A stretch of 62,899 bases of DNA, counting the filler, from Sphacelaria rigidula (Eukaryota), in NCBI GenBank assembly GCA_964200075.2. It is 7 parts of 7 records of this genome, joined end to end, with 100 filler letters (N's around TTAATTAATTAA, not from the genome) between each part and the next. Parts side by side here need not be neighbours in the genome. Positions count along the whole stretch, not along the records: positions 9,003 to 17,903 come from CAXNAA020009798.1; positions 18,004 to 26,903 come from CAXNAA020009799.1; 5 more parts are not named here. The stretch is one strand, 5' to 3'. A model generated the notes under the pieces. That model saw only the letters and a program-made list of their open reading frames with translations. It did no database searches and was not told the DNA's origin. Positions 12,929-26,073 of the stretch are shown here, one piece after another. The position numbers were made by a program, and so were the translations under genes. Every line of letters begins with the position of its first letter. Position 1 is the first letter of the stretch.

Positions 12929-14519
12929 ACGCGAGGTCAGCAGCGAGCTCTTGCAGGGGAGACACTGCTGTGCTGCTGATGCTGCCGTTCGTGACTGTCA
13001 CTTTCTACAATTGCGCCGCATTTTTTTTCAGGAATTTCACGAAAATGACCGTTTCATGCCTCAATCGCGCCGCGCTATGACGCGCTGTGATTGGCCGATG
13101 ACTCTTCAAGTGCAGAACGTGCTCTATGCAGGATTTGGAGAGCTGTAGCTTCTAGGTGTGACTTCCCCGATTTCAGCGGTGGTTTCGGATTGACCTACAA
13201 CGTAGCAGAAGCAGAGTTATGGCCGTCTGACGGATTGACAGCATCTTGGCCGGCCCAGCTTGTACGGCATTCGAGCGCGAGCAATGATGATATACATTCT
13301 ATATAGATCACGTTGTGAAAAGTGCTGAAAATCTCGTGAGTTTTGGAGTTTTGACGAGTAAATGAGATTGATCACCTCTAGAAGCGTCGAAAAATTGCTG
13401 TTCTAAATCAAGGACATGCATATTTTTTCCTCAGAATGTAACACATGCCTCATATTTTCGCTGTGTGCTTCAACACGATGAAAAAAATGGTATCATACCC
13501 ACTGGTATCACGGTTGTCCCAAGAGACCCCACCAATTAAATCCCATGAATGGCAAAAACACTAGAACTGTGCATTATCTCTGATGAATGCTCTATATATG
13601 GGAGACCGGTCAAGCCGATACATTAAAGAAAATCGTCGAGCACAGTTGACGATTGCGCGAAGCCAAGGCAGCTTGCTGTGCAAGCCCCAATCGCCCCGCC
13701 CCCCGGTTGGCGAGGGACTCCCGCATCAGGCAAAAATATATGAGCGCTTTCGCTTCATCTTTCATCGAAATGTATTCAATCTGCGCCATCTAACCTGATG
13801 TTTCCGCAGCTGAACACGACAACAAATTCACATGACTTCTTACAGCATTGCCGGGATGACCGCACGAGGAGGAAAACTTGCGTGGGGAGGGGGGGCTTCT
13901 GTCTGTTAACAAGAGGGACTGGAAGCCCTCCCCTAAACTTTGGATCTGCCGTCTGCGGGTGGTCGTTCTTGACACACAGCTCGCAGATCGCCAGGTCTTT
14001 GTACTCGACTTCGGCCTACACCCTAAGGCAGCTTCACAGTGCCTTCCCCCAGCTTGTGACCTGTGTGTGGGTTTTGACCTCTTGAGCGCTGACTTGACTA
14101 TAGCAACTTTCATCTCTACTTTGCTTTGCGGAGGTTCACCGCCAGCACGGGCCGCATTCTACGGCAAGTCCTCTTCATCGTCGGAGCTCATTGAGAGCTG
14201 CAGACGTGCGTACTTCTTGTCTGGAGCTGTAATGCAACTCGTCTGTGAGTCTGTGCTGGTGATGGTGCAGAGCGCGCGACTGGCAATAATTCACACCCTG
14301 GATGGTGACAGCGGATTACATGGTACTTACTGTGTACAGTATCGAGCATATGGTGAAGTACAAAAAGCGACAAGTTCGATACTGCACGCCGTGCACTTTT
14401 TGGACACGTAATCCGTTCTCGCTGTCCAGGGCGTCCAATAAACCCCGTTTCCTTCTTCTCAAGAGTTTCTACTCTCTAACTTCCCCCCCTACCCTACCCC
14501 ACTCCACCCCCAAATTATC

Positions 14520-14830
14520 GATGATGGGACACAGACGAAGCAGTGTGTATCTCGTGGCTGTCTCTGTAAGTGCCGATGACGGAAAATGAAGCAACTCATT
14601 ATAGGCTGCCAGCCGTATGCGAGATAACCAGTACGCTTCGGGCCGAACAATCTTGGCAGGATGCGGTCACCTTTTACGCAACTTGCCGGACACATCACAG
14701 CCCTCGGCGCTTGGTGACTGCGAGCCTGGTCCGGCGAGAACCCAGTGTGCTCTGCCCCGGTTTGTAGTGATGCGAGATCAACAGTCTTGCGACGACGGCA
14801 TTCAAAATCATGACCCCCTCCCTTCAAACT
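14520..14830 (-). repeat. Dispersed repeat family B (copies at 34710-34870, 45003-45065, 54002-54068, 62575-62880)
   Basis: Shared core AGACCATTGACCTCGCATC-CTACAA...GGAGCAC-CCGGGTT...CACCAAGCGC; the longer copies also share AATGAGTTGCTTCA and AGAGACAGCCACGA. Confidence 0.8.
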
Positions 14831-15270
14831 ATCGCTTCAACTATCAACTCTCAGTCCGATTTTTCGATGTAAGATACAGGATATATAGTTCGAACGATAG
14901 TATCAAGTGTATCGGTGCCGATGTACACCCCCCCCAAAATGTCTTTTCCCCTCTGCATGCCGGTATCATCTCTCGTCGTTACCCCTCGTGATGAATCGCT
15001 TGTGTCTTTTGGCATTCCTGGGCTTCAGCCTTGGAAATACCCCTATCACCCCTCCCCAAGACCCAAAGCGTGAGATGCTTTTGAAGTACCGGGGGTAGAT
15101 CTTCACGTGACAATCTCATAACGGGCCCAGGAAGAGATACATGATGAATAGAGACGCCCCTGTGAAAAGACCTCGATAGAAATCGTCCGGGAATGACTAC
15201 GCCAGCCTCTCACATATCAACCATCGCTCGTCGTATCACGTGACTTTCAATACTTGGAATTGATGAACAG

Positions 15271-15405
15271 GTGAGCTTGACCATCTGGGACCAAGACACC
15301 GACTCCGTTTTCGAGCTGGCGCTCAAGACCCAACAAGCCTCGGACATGGCGTCTATTATCCTCGACCACATTAATGCTATCATGGCAAATTCTGGTCGGA
15401 ATTAG
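15271..15405 (+). CDS. Terminal exon of a FERM-domain protein (FERM C-lobe end, MyTH4-FERM myosin/KCBP-like)
   Basis: CAG acceptor, then VSLTIWDQDTDSVFELALKTQQASDMASIILDHINAIMANSGRN*. This matches the last strand-helix of FERM-C (T-x-Q-A-x-D-M/I...Y/H-I-N). A long UTR-like region follows. Confidence 0.55.
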   Translation: MSLTIWDQDTDSVFELALKTQQASDMASIILDHINAIMANSGRN

Positions 15406-17832
15406 GGAGTCACCCGTTTGAGAGGGATATATATTTGGGGGGGGGGGGGGGGGCAGAGAAGTGGGCGGCTACCAGCTGAAAGTTGATGGGGGCAAGCGCC
15501 GCAAAGTATGGTGTTCCGCGCAGGTCAACCGTACAGCGGTACCCGTTGCGTTTTGCGAGTATTATGCCAGGGCGCGAAGCTGAAAAATGACAAAATTAAC
15601 GTGTCCCGTCTCTTCGGTGCGTATTCATATGTAGCCGCTGTAAGTTTACTGTTTCGGAAGACGCGGAGGAAAGGAAGGGGGTTCAACGATGAGATGAGAT
15701 TCAGTTGATGTTTCACTGTACCCCACCTGTCCGGTATCTGTTTTGCCATGCAGTCAGAGTAGTACTATGGCAAAATGCGTAGTCATGTGTTGGGACCCTT
15801 TGGGGACTCGACTGAAAATGGGGGAAGACGTATCGTGCGTATTATACCAGTCACGGAAGGAATGGGGAAGACGAGTGCTCGAGAGGGAACAGAAGGGGAA
15901 GTGCCCAAGGCGGCGAACGCGTTGGCCGGTGTGTGTGCCGTGCTGCCTTCGCGCGTGCCTAAGACGTTCAGCGCACGTTGCGGGTTGCTCGATGGTGGAG
16001 TGGTGGGTGGAAAACAAGTGCGCGCTTGATTGTCGGAATTGGGACTAATGTGGTGATGTTGCATCTTGGGCTTTGCGTGGAAAGGGAGAAAGTTTGTGTG
16101 TGTGTGTGTGTCGGGGGGGGGGGGGGCAAGGAGCGGGGCATTAGCTTTCTTATTACCTCTTGGTGTGTTTCCTTCGCGCATGAGGAAAGGCAGACGCAAA
16201 AGTTGCAGTTTCTTTGAGGTGCCTCCGTTGTTTTTCGGCATGTGTCGGGGCGTCGGGGCAGACAGTGAGGGAACAAACGGGCGGAAGGGTGGGATGGGGG
16301 AAGGGAGAGGGTCGCAGTTATTGGGTTGGTGTTTTTTGTCGATGCTTTGTTCCTGTGTTCGAGTTTCTTGTATTTTTGCTCTGCTTCTTGAAATCAACGG
16401 ATTCTTCATGGGAATCGATGGCCAACTACACCGCGTAAGAATTGTCAGTGGTCGAACGTTTCGTTTTTGCGCTCATCTTTAATTCAGTATCTTTACTCCT
16501 CTTTTCTACTATTCTTGGCTGACTGGCTTGCGAGTGCTCGGTTTACTACCCCCCGCCCCCCTCTCTCCTCAATCCGCTACAACTCCATCGGTTATGTGTT
16601 GTTAGAGCGTCGATCGTCCAAGAGATACCTGAACGCTCAGCAGTGCATTGAAATACCTGAAGGAGGTGTTGTCGGTGTTGCATCGTCGGCGTCGAATGTT
16701 GAATCTTGCGATGCCACACACGGTTATTCGAACATGACTCGTGGGAATGAGAGACAGGGGACTATCGGTGTGTTGCGATCAGCAAGATAGGGCCTTCATT
16801 TTTTGTTTTGCAAGTTGTAACGATATTTTTTCCAGGTTGGTGATGGGTTGGGTGCGTCTCTCTCGAATGGATTTGACTTTTGCTCACGTTCGTTGGTAGT
16901 CACACGGCACAAGCGAAGGAGGATTCATTGAAAGACATTATTTTTCGTGTGGCAAAGAACAGTTTGATGACTAATGTAAACGATTCCAACTGAACACTTG
17001 GAGTCTAACGGACGGGAAGATGTATTTGCACTCAGTTATGCATGGATGCACCAAGAAATGCCCAGTATAGCATGATCCTGCCAAGTTTATTCGATATTTA
17101 TCGGAGGGTGCATAATGAGATCGTTGGCTCGAATCTAAACGCATCAACCTTTTCTCCAGATATTTCCCCCTGAAACGGGGCCAGCTCTCTTCATTATGTG
17201 CGAGGCAACTACCCTGTACTACCCCCCCGCCCCTGTTCGCTGATGCCGAGCTCCCAGTAACATGGTTATTCCGAGCCGAGATCTAACACAAATATATCGC
17301 ATGATACACTTTTTTCGAAACCATGGCGCGGGTCTCCTGTCGAAATTTCTCATCTTGACCACCAAAATTTGACACCTCTGAATGAAGAATAGTGGTGACT
17401 TTGAAGTCACAGATGACCGACTATGATGTCTTCATTCGTTTCCGTTGCAGCCATCCGTCAACGGTCGGAGACAAGTCGAACTCGAACGACGGGCTCCGTA
17501 GATCACTCTAGTACGTTCAACACCTGCGCCACCGAGTGCAACAGCCAAACGGAACATCATTCTCAAACTAGAATGAACTCAACGTGGAAAATACACTTGG
17601 CCTATAACTTGTTCAAAACTTTACACATCTCCTTCGTGAAAGCTTCACAGCTTCATCTCGCCAACCAATTCATGAAAAACTAGAAAGAACGCATGACTCG
17701 AACCGCTACTCCTTTGAGGCCGTTAGGGCTGGAAAGGCTTCTACTGATCCTAGATTCAAATTCCTTGAAGGCCCTCAGGGCTAAAAAGGCTTCTACTGAT
17801 CCTAAATTGTTGATAGCACCGCGACTAGTTAA

Positions 17833-17903
17833 CCCTTAGACCGCGAGGTTAGTCTTCTGTTGAATCGGCATCAATTTCAAGTGAAAAAAAGTATGCATGG
17901 TCC
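17833..17903. mobile_element. piggyBac-type MITE cut off by the contig end
   Basis: TTAA then CCCTTAGACCGCGAG; it is the reverse complement of part of 41610-41706. Confidence 0.75.
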
Positions 17904-18003
17904 NNNNNNNNNNNNNNNNNNNNNNNNNNNNNNNNNNNNNNNNNNNNTTAATTAATTAANNNNNNNNNNNNNNNNNNNNNNNNNNNNNNNNNNNNNNNNN
18001 NNN
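17904..18003. other. Artificial contig linker
   Basis: N44-TTAATTAATTAA-N44. Confidence 0.98.
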
Positions 18004-18354
18004 AAAATAGACCCAGATTAAAACTCTCAAAACGCGATACAAGCTAAAGAGGAATAAATGATAGAGAAGAAAGGGAGTACATATGGCTAACCTCAGAAGA
18101 TCCGGTGCCGCAGGTGGCCATTCGGACTTCAGGGGGTGGCACTCGGTTTTTCGACTCGACGCGCGACAACTAGGAATGAACACAGGGTCCGACTACGGGC
18201 GAGGCTCAAGGCCCCAAATACCGCCAACCAAAGAACTAAAGAACTCAGAATCGCAGCGTTCCATCTTGCGGCCTCTCGAGGGACAGCCATACGTACAAAC
18301 ATACCAGGTGTATCAAGACAAGAGCTACATGACATAACGACAGTACTGTACTAA

Positions 18355-18500
18355 AAACAAACACATACATGAGGAGAAAACCTCCTGTGTTGACCTTCCT
18401 CCTGTGTGACCCCGACTGGTGCGCCCACATATACCAAAATGTGAAAAATGTAGACCGGCGTCGAGAATAGATGGGAGGACAACTCACACACAATATCGTA
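18355..18500 (-). repeat. Dispersed SINE-like repeat C (second partial copy 26830-26903, +)
   Basis: Both copies read TTGTC-TCCCAT-TATTCT...TATGTGGG-GCA-CAG; this one continues CGGGGTCACACAGGAGGAAGGTC. Confidence 0.6.
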
Positions 18501-21500
18501 AACACAGCCTCCGGATACCAATCCGGCACAGTAGACAGCGCTGGGCACACAGGCAGGGCACCTCGGCGCCCGCTAGTCATTCACAAGTGCTGGACATGTC
18601 GGTGTCTGGTACAGCACTATCGAGTTGAGACAGTTGAGGGTTGTACTACTACTGTACTGTTGTTGCACTGTCTGTAGACAGTTTTGTATACTTGCGGTAG
18701 GAAGTGTTCTGTACTGTACTGTACTGTACCACTCAGACTGTCTGTAGTACTGTACTACTGTTGTCTGTAGTACAAGTGTGCACATGCCTACGTGTGTCCG
18801 TTTGCATACTTTGAGAAATTACAGTAGCTCTCGATAAAGGTTCACCACACGCAGTAATCCTAGCTGCGTGAAGGCGAGAGGATGAACAGAGAGACACCTG
18901 TCGACCTGGCTAAAGATGACGTGGAAGGGCTGAAGTGGGCCACCCATGCAACCGCTACGGGGATCTCGACAAAATGGCCACCCAACGGTGGTGTAACTGC
19001 GCCAGCTAACGCAAGCTTCACGTTGGGTTGCCATTTCGTCAAGTCCTCATCGCAGCTGCTTGAGCGGCCGACTCCCGCCCTTTCGCATCATCATAAGCCA
19101 CTTCGACTGGTGTCTCGGCTCCCCCGTTCGCCTCCAAGTGTTCCTCGTAGTTTTGGGTCACCCTTGTGAACGAGCTGCCATCACCAGTGCTGTCGCGGGC
19201 GTTCACGACATCCGCCACCGCCTCACTTATGATATTTGTCCTACGGCTGTGTTCTGTAACCTTGGTCGTTATGGGGCAGGGTGTCTAGTTCCGTTTCATA
19301 GCCCTGAGTTTGGCACCAACGCTTTGGGGTGCGTACCAACTCAGGTTTTTTTCGAAAAAATGAAAATGAATCCTGAGTTCCTGCGCATGTCTCTTCTCAG
19401 GGTTCAGGTTTCAGGGTTTACGTAGGGGAATTCGTCATAATATCCTGGCCTTAAATCCCAACTTTCTTACCAATCCCTGAGTTTTTCCTTATCCCTGAGT
19501 TCTGATCTGTGTTTCCGAAACTCTATATTACACCGTCCTCCCTCAGGTTTTGGGAGCCGTTTCAATTGTGTGGATGTAGTTCATAAAAATCAACTCTCTA
19601 GCTTTCACAGGTGTCGCGACTTCGATGCGTTGTTGTACCGTGACCACCTCTGAGCAGACGGGAGTACGTGCGGTAGAGCAACGAAGGTCGCCGTGTACTT
19701 CCGGGACACCCCCTCTTTTCACGAGCAATCGTTGACGATGAATGCCGAGATGGGTCCCGTGCGTGATGTTGCTTTTTACACCTCCGCATACCGCTCGTGA
19801 AGCGAGATTTTGATGCTGGAAGTGCTCACCCCTCTTCCCGTGATGATCTCCACTCTCGGTCTGAGACAATTGAAACTGCGGAATATGACAGTGGAGCAAT
19901 GCTGCGGTAGGGGTTAACGTTTTTCGCAAAAATTGGTCTGGCCCAGGGACTCCTAACGATTCTAGACGCACAAGAATATGGGTCAGGGCATCCTCGTTCG
20001 CAGATGCATTCGGAATATCCCCAGCACATTGGAATAGTAATCCTGGCGTACTCTCGCATATTTTCACAAGTCGTATTTTGGATGAGATGAAGGGCTCCTA
20101 AACATTCTAGCCTCAGAGATTATTTGTGTACCCCTACCGTAGTATCACTCCGTGACTACTATAAGGTAAATATTCTCCACACAAATCCCTCAGTATTATT
20201 GAAAAGGAATAACACTGTTTTTCTGTATCCGAGGTTGACAGTATTTCCTTTGCTCTGTATCCTAGGTATCAGAGTCAGTTTCACGCGTAGGTATGATATT
20301 ATCTCTTCTCGATTACTTGATTCCTTCATCTCAGTGCTCAAATCTCTCTCACTCAATCACTCAAGTCTCACCGTGATGTGAGAGTTTCCTTGGTCGGGAA
20401 GAAGCGAAGTGATCACCAAAAGCGGTCCTATCGGTGATCATCCCTCGCTACACACTAGTTCATACCCGTATCTGATCAACTCTGAACAGACCTGCCGCCT
20501 CAGAATATCCTGAAATGCCATGCAATCTAGCTAGACCCGTCAACGGGTCTGAGGCGGCATGACAACAGCCTAATATGCTCCTCATGACAAGAAGATGATG
20601 TGAGAAGCAACCCGGCTAGCTACCTTGCGGCTTGGCATGACGCGTGTCGATAGACGAAGGGGCGATTGAAATCTTTGGGCACCGCGACAACCAATGGCTG
20701 GGACAAAAAACTCCTCGTTCTCACACATCATTGAATTCAGTCTCGTGTCTTCTACGTACAACCGTGGTTAGGGAACAGTGCACGACGGTCCATCCCTTCA
20801 TGGCAAAATGCTCAAACCTCTTAGCGAGTGGTGAAGAAATCCATGTTGGTTTCCATAGACCCTTTGACTGCAGGGGCGGCTGTGCTTCAAGTTTACACTG
20901 AATTCACCCCACTCACTCTCGCGGGTGCATTAGTTTATGATATTCACTTGGATTATGTTCGAACTCATGCTCGCGTGTGTCCGGTATTGGACGCTTGCAG
21001 GAAGATCGTTCGTCGCTCGTCGCGGCTTCATGTTCACTGGCGTTATCAGCATACGTTTTGTCACGCGCGCATCCCTCGTAACAAGAGATACGTTGATCCA
21101 CAAGATACAACAACCTTTTCATTCATCCTGTATATTTCGTTACAGCATTTACCTGCCCGAACACGCTACATCTCACGTGGAGGCAGGCGACAGCTGCTCG
21201 CACTCATGTTCGCGTTTTGCTGCTACCGTCTCTCTCTCATGCACCGTCCCCAGCTACAAACAAGTCACGACTCTTTTCAACGGCAACAACCGACTGACTC
21301 CGACGTGACAAGCGAATAGGCTCACAATTGGAATACTACACAGTACTATCATTCACGAAATAGTTTTTTCTACTTGGATTCGCCTCGATTCAATTCAACC
21401 ATGACTCAAACGAGTACGACGGAAAATAGAACAAGACAAAAAACGCAGCAAACCTGAATAGGGCGAACAAGTACCTCGACCCCGCTAAACTGAGCGCTGC

Positions 21501-21599
21501 CCAATCTCAACGACAAGAATCATCCCGCGAACCCCCGGACAGTCAATTCACCATCAACTACACATCTCCTTTAGTCACAACTTACACAATTTTTGAAGT

Positions 21600-22070
21600 A
21601 TTATGTGTCAGTTGACGATAAACCCACCCAGCGGTTGTTGCTACACGTATTGCCTGCTACCCTGTCATGCGCGTCTCCCTTTTCTCTGTTGCCTTGGCAC
21701 AAGGTCGCTTCGTGAAACCGGTCCCAAACCTGCTCCTAGTGAATACCGTTCTCATCGCCATCAACCCACAGCCTGCTGCACTCTCATCATATCTCTTGAA
21801 TAACACCATTATTTCTCCTCAATCTTTATTTCAGGAGCGTTGTGATCTACAGCTGACGGGGGTCACGATGAATCTAGCCTAACGTCGAGGAACGCACGCC
21901 AACAACAGAGGTCCTCGTCACACCAAAACAAAGTTCGATTCGACCTTTCGATTGCATTCGACTTTCGTTTTGTGAGAAAAGTGAGAACGATCTTCTCATT
22001 CAATTCTAACCCTTCTGGAACATGAAAATACTTTTGTAACACTTTCCAAAAAACGAAGGTAGATGTCACG
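21600..22070 (-). mobile_element. Possible highly decayed Ty1/copia integrase remnant
   Basis: Minus frame SNAIERSNRTL, then (frameshift) FGVTRT, resembles the copia integrase N-G-x-A-E-R-x-N-R-T-L motif. Confidence 0.35.
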
Positions 22071-22241
22071 AAATATCGTGTACGGCATCCTCGAATATAT
22101 TGATATCAAAAGATGTGTCTTGTCAGTTACGGAATTCAAGGTCCGGTTACCAGGCCTCGGGAAATTATTTCACAAAGTTGACTCATCACGATAGCCAAGT
22201 AAACACAAACGTAGCATGTAAAACGTATACATCAGCTATCA

Positions 22242-22358
22242 ACACACACACACAAAACACGCGCGCACACACACATACACACGTACACGCACGTACGCAC
22301 GCACGCACGCACACGCACACGCACACGCACACGCACACGCACACGTACACGCACACGA
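22242..22358. repeat. Compound (CA)/(CACACG)n microsatellite
   Basis: Seen directly. Confidence 0.95.
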
Positions 22359-25300
22359 CGTTCAAGAACACGCAACACCAAAGATGCCACACCACACACT
22401 CAACGACGACAGCAGCGCTTCGCGCGACCTTCGCGTGTATGACTGTCACAGTGCCAAATGTACCACACCACACTCTCAACACGACGACAGCAGGAAATGC
22501 TTCGCGCAACCTTCTCGTGTATGGCATGTCACAGTGAAATTTCGAATAACACCTTCGCGAAGAAGAAACAGACGTTTCGGACACTCCGAACCTTGAGACA
22601 CATTTTTAAGCCGCCACTCCACCGGCATACGAACGCCATGTCCATCGCCCACGCGTAAAAACATCCCATATAAATTCAACAAGGAAAACTGGTATCATAC
22701 AACAAGGCTTCCTATCGTTGACTCAGATCTTACAATTAAAACTGGTATGATACAAGGCTCCCTATAGTTGACTCAAAGTAAAAAAGTAAAAACGCATGAC
22801 GATCACTTCCCTTCCCTGTACTCCAAGCGTCACACCACCAACACTGTCTTGGTGCGGAGGATATGCTTGATATCTTGTCGGGAAAAATGCACGGAAATGC
22901 ACAAGGGAACAACGAGTAACGCAAGGCACAAGTAGAGCTCGTGAGGATCTTCGAGTACAACCAAGTGCAATGGACGCGGGGGAGCTCGAGCGCATGACGT
23001 TCTCCCGAGCTATGAACAAACGCGGATGCAAGCGAATTCTGTCTTGCATAAGATTCTTCAAACTTCTCAGAAGGTCGCGTGCATACCGTAGGGGCAACTA
23101 CCTTCCGTGTGCATCTCTTCAGCCCAACGGATACAAGTAAGACAGTGCTCGTGAAAAATACTAGTACCACAGCGAAAGAAAATGCCTGGAAACATCGGAT
23201 GACGCATTGGGAAAACCGTAGCCTCCCTTCCCTCTTGTCCCTCTGAAAAAAACGGACAAACATTTCCTCTTCGTGAGATGAGTTTTGTGGAGCATCTCGG
23301 TTCATGCACATAACACAAGAGACAATTAGAGGCGGTGACTACATGTCCAACCTTTTGAACTATCGGCATCATTTGAGGGCACAGACGTACACGTGGATCG
23401 ACGACTACATGCGCAACGATAGGTAACGTACATGTTAACAAATTGCCGTTTACCACTACAGCGCGCCCCGTTTAGAGGCCCACCATCTCCTCGTAGTTCT
23501 CTCCCATGATTGTCTTGACCTCGACCAACTGATCACCTGGTGATGTGCATACACGGCGTTCATTTATAGTGTCCGATGTAAGGCACGCACAAAGTTTCAA
23601 GTGATTCTATTGATCTGGACCTTGATCGTGAAAGCCACGCACATATTGCAATGACCAACAAGCTCTGGACTTTGACGCTTTGATATCGATATCGAATCTC
23701 GGGCGCAATTTCACCGACACTCTTGCACAAGTGAGATGATAGCGATGCCAACCAAAAAGGAGGATCTGACTCGCACAGCCATCAAAATCTCAATCTCTCG
23801 TCAGGCAATACCATTGCACCGGACATAATGACATGAAAAACGATCCAACCACGCTCTACTGCGACCGGGGTGAATTCAATGAGCGTGCAGAGGTGGCATT
23901 TGTCACGGCTCAGCTTTTTAATGTTATTCTCCATGCGTTTTGTGCATCTTTTACTTCGTGTGGTCACGTCTCCACAAGAGTAATGCTACGGTGAGGGTGC
24001 ACTTTTTGCGCAAACTCTTGTCTAATGCAGGGACTTTGAACAATTATAGATGCCCAAAAATATGGGTCAGAGCACCCCCCTTTGCAAATTCATTCGGGAT
24101 ATTTCCCAGCACATTGGATCAGTAATCTAGAGTATTCTCGCACATCTCAATGGTCGTGATTTTGATACGATTGTGGGCTCCTAACAATCTACAACCAGAA
24201 ATGTTTGTGCACCTCTACCGTAGCATCAGACACAATAATTGACCACGTATGCTAGTGCTGGCCTGATTTCACGTCTTCACAACAATTGGCTTACGTATAC
24301 TATAATAGTGCTGGCCCTATCTCACGCCTTCACAGCATTTGACTATGCATGCTAGTGCTGGCCTGATCACCGCTGCAGTTTGAGTACGTCCCACGATGCA
24401 ATGTATCAAAGCTGACAAGGAGCAGCCATCAAGTGTATGGAGGGATACTCCCCAGAAAACAAGAGTCGGTACATGCGGGGCCCAGGGGACAGGTCTCGCA
24501 GAGAGAGGATTGGCCAGGCCTTGAGTCCAGTGTGGTACCAGCAACTCCCTTGACTCTAGTTCACGTTCGGACATAATTGCGCGACTATAGTATAGGGTGC
24601 AAGTCGCCTGACTTGGAATATGTAGGGATCAAAAACCATCCGCGTACGACCAGGACACCTTGAAACTTACTACCTAGTGCCCATTAATATCACCACCAGC
24701 TCAATTGATTGGTAGCCCACGAACGAACTCAGTGGGAAACACTCGTATGTACGATACCGGGGCGTACGTCACCTCCGCGCAGAGGGGGCTACATTTGCAT
24801 AGAAATGCATGTATTCGGTTGACCGCGATTCGGAGAAGGAGGTGAGTGGTTGGCTAGAAGTTTCCTTTCTGACTACCCCTGGCTGGTGGTGGCGTGTGAA
24901 CAACCATGACGCGGATCGCATGCGGTGTAACGGCTCCTCTTCCATGCAGGCGTTGCCTTCGCACTTCGAACCAGAATCAACTCTGCTCCCGCCCACCCCT
25001 CGCAAACTCGACCCTCAAGGGTTGGCGTCCGTTGGCAACGACGCTTCAAAACGCACCACTCGCTGCGAAGGCTAGCTTTGCAACGGGTTTTTGTTTTTTC
25101 CTCGATGGTGCTCTTTTGCGGTAACCATGATGGTGGTCGAGTTCGACGATTTTACTGTGCGGGGTGGAGAACCTCAATTCCGCACACAGGGGATGACTGT
25201 ACTACGTATTATGTCAACGGTGAGCCCCATGAGTCAGAGTAACCCGTTAATGTTTCTGGAAGAAGCACTACTACCAGAAAATACACCAACTTATTCGAGG

Positions 25301-25841
25301 CTGCCATCAATATGCGAGATAGTCACTACCACGCATTACGCCGAACAATCTTCTCAGCAGGATGTAACTCACCCCCCGTGCTACTCGCCGAACACATTAC
25401 GGTGCTTCGCTCGTGGTGATCAACACTTTCTACGATAGCCCCCACCCAAAAAGTGCATTGTTTTAGGAGGCAAAATCTTCACGTAAATCGAAATGGGAAA
25501 AGCCGAGCACAACGAAAAGCTGTGAATTCCCACGCCCCGCTTCGTTTGAGCCAACGTCGCCAATTAAGGTGCTTCATGTAGCCTCAACCCGAACATCAGT
25601 CGCTGTATGGCCATTTTTTTCGTGACACTTTTAGCTGGTTGGGGGGGGGGGCTATCGTAGAAAGTACTGTCGATTGCGAGCCTAGTCCGGCGAAAACCCA
25701 CCGTGCCCCGTCCCGGCTTTAAAGGGGTGCGAGGTCGACGACATGGAAGATCACGAATACACCCCTCCGCGCGCAAAATTTGTTTACTCAGCGCCAAGGC
25801 AATGTACGATGAACAAATAACAATATTGACACGAGCCTCAC

Positions 25842-26073
25842 CGTAGAATGGAGTTCCCTCTTGCATGAGGAAAAAGTTGTCGTCGGTCCTTTTGGCGACC
25901 TTACCGTTCACCGACAGCTCGTCGACGGGACCCTTGCACCCGGTTGCCTGGATCTTCCAGTACCAGGGGTTGCTGCCCTCGAACGTAAAGTCGGGCTTGC
26001 CACCTTTCTCGCACGGCACGAATTGCCATTCGATCTCCCAACGACCATCCCCGCTGGTTCCCCAGTCGAGGTC
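25842..26073 (-). CDS. Internal exon of an expansin-like (EXLX-type DPBB + CBM63-like) protein
   Basis: CCGCAG acceptor and G|GTGAGG donor. Encodes DLDWGTSGDGRWEIEWQFVPC...FEGSNPWYWKIQ...PVDELSVNG...RTDDNFF, which fits the DLD, W-x-x-V-P-C, GSNPWY and R-x-x-x-N-F/Y motifs of expansin-like proteins. Confidence 0.75.
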
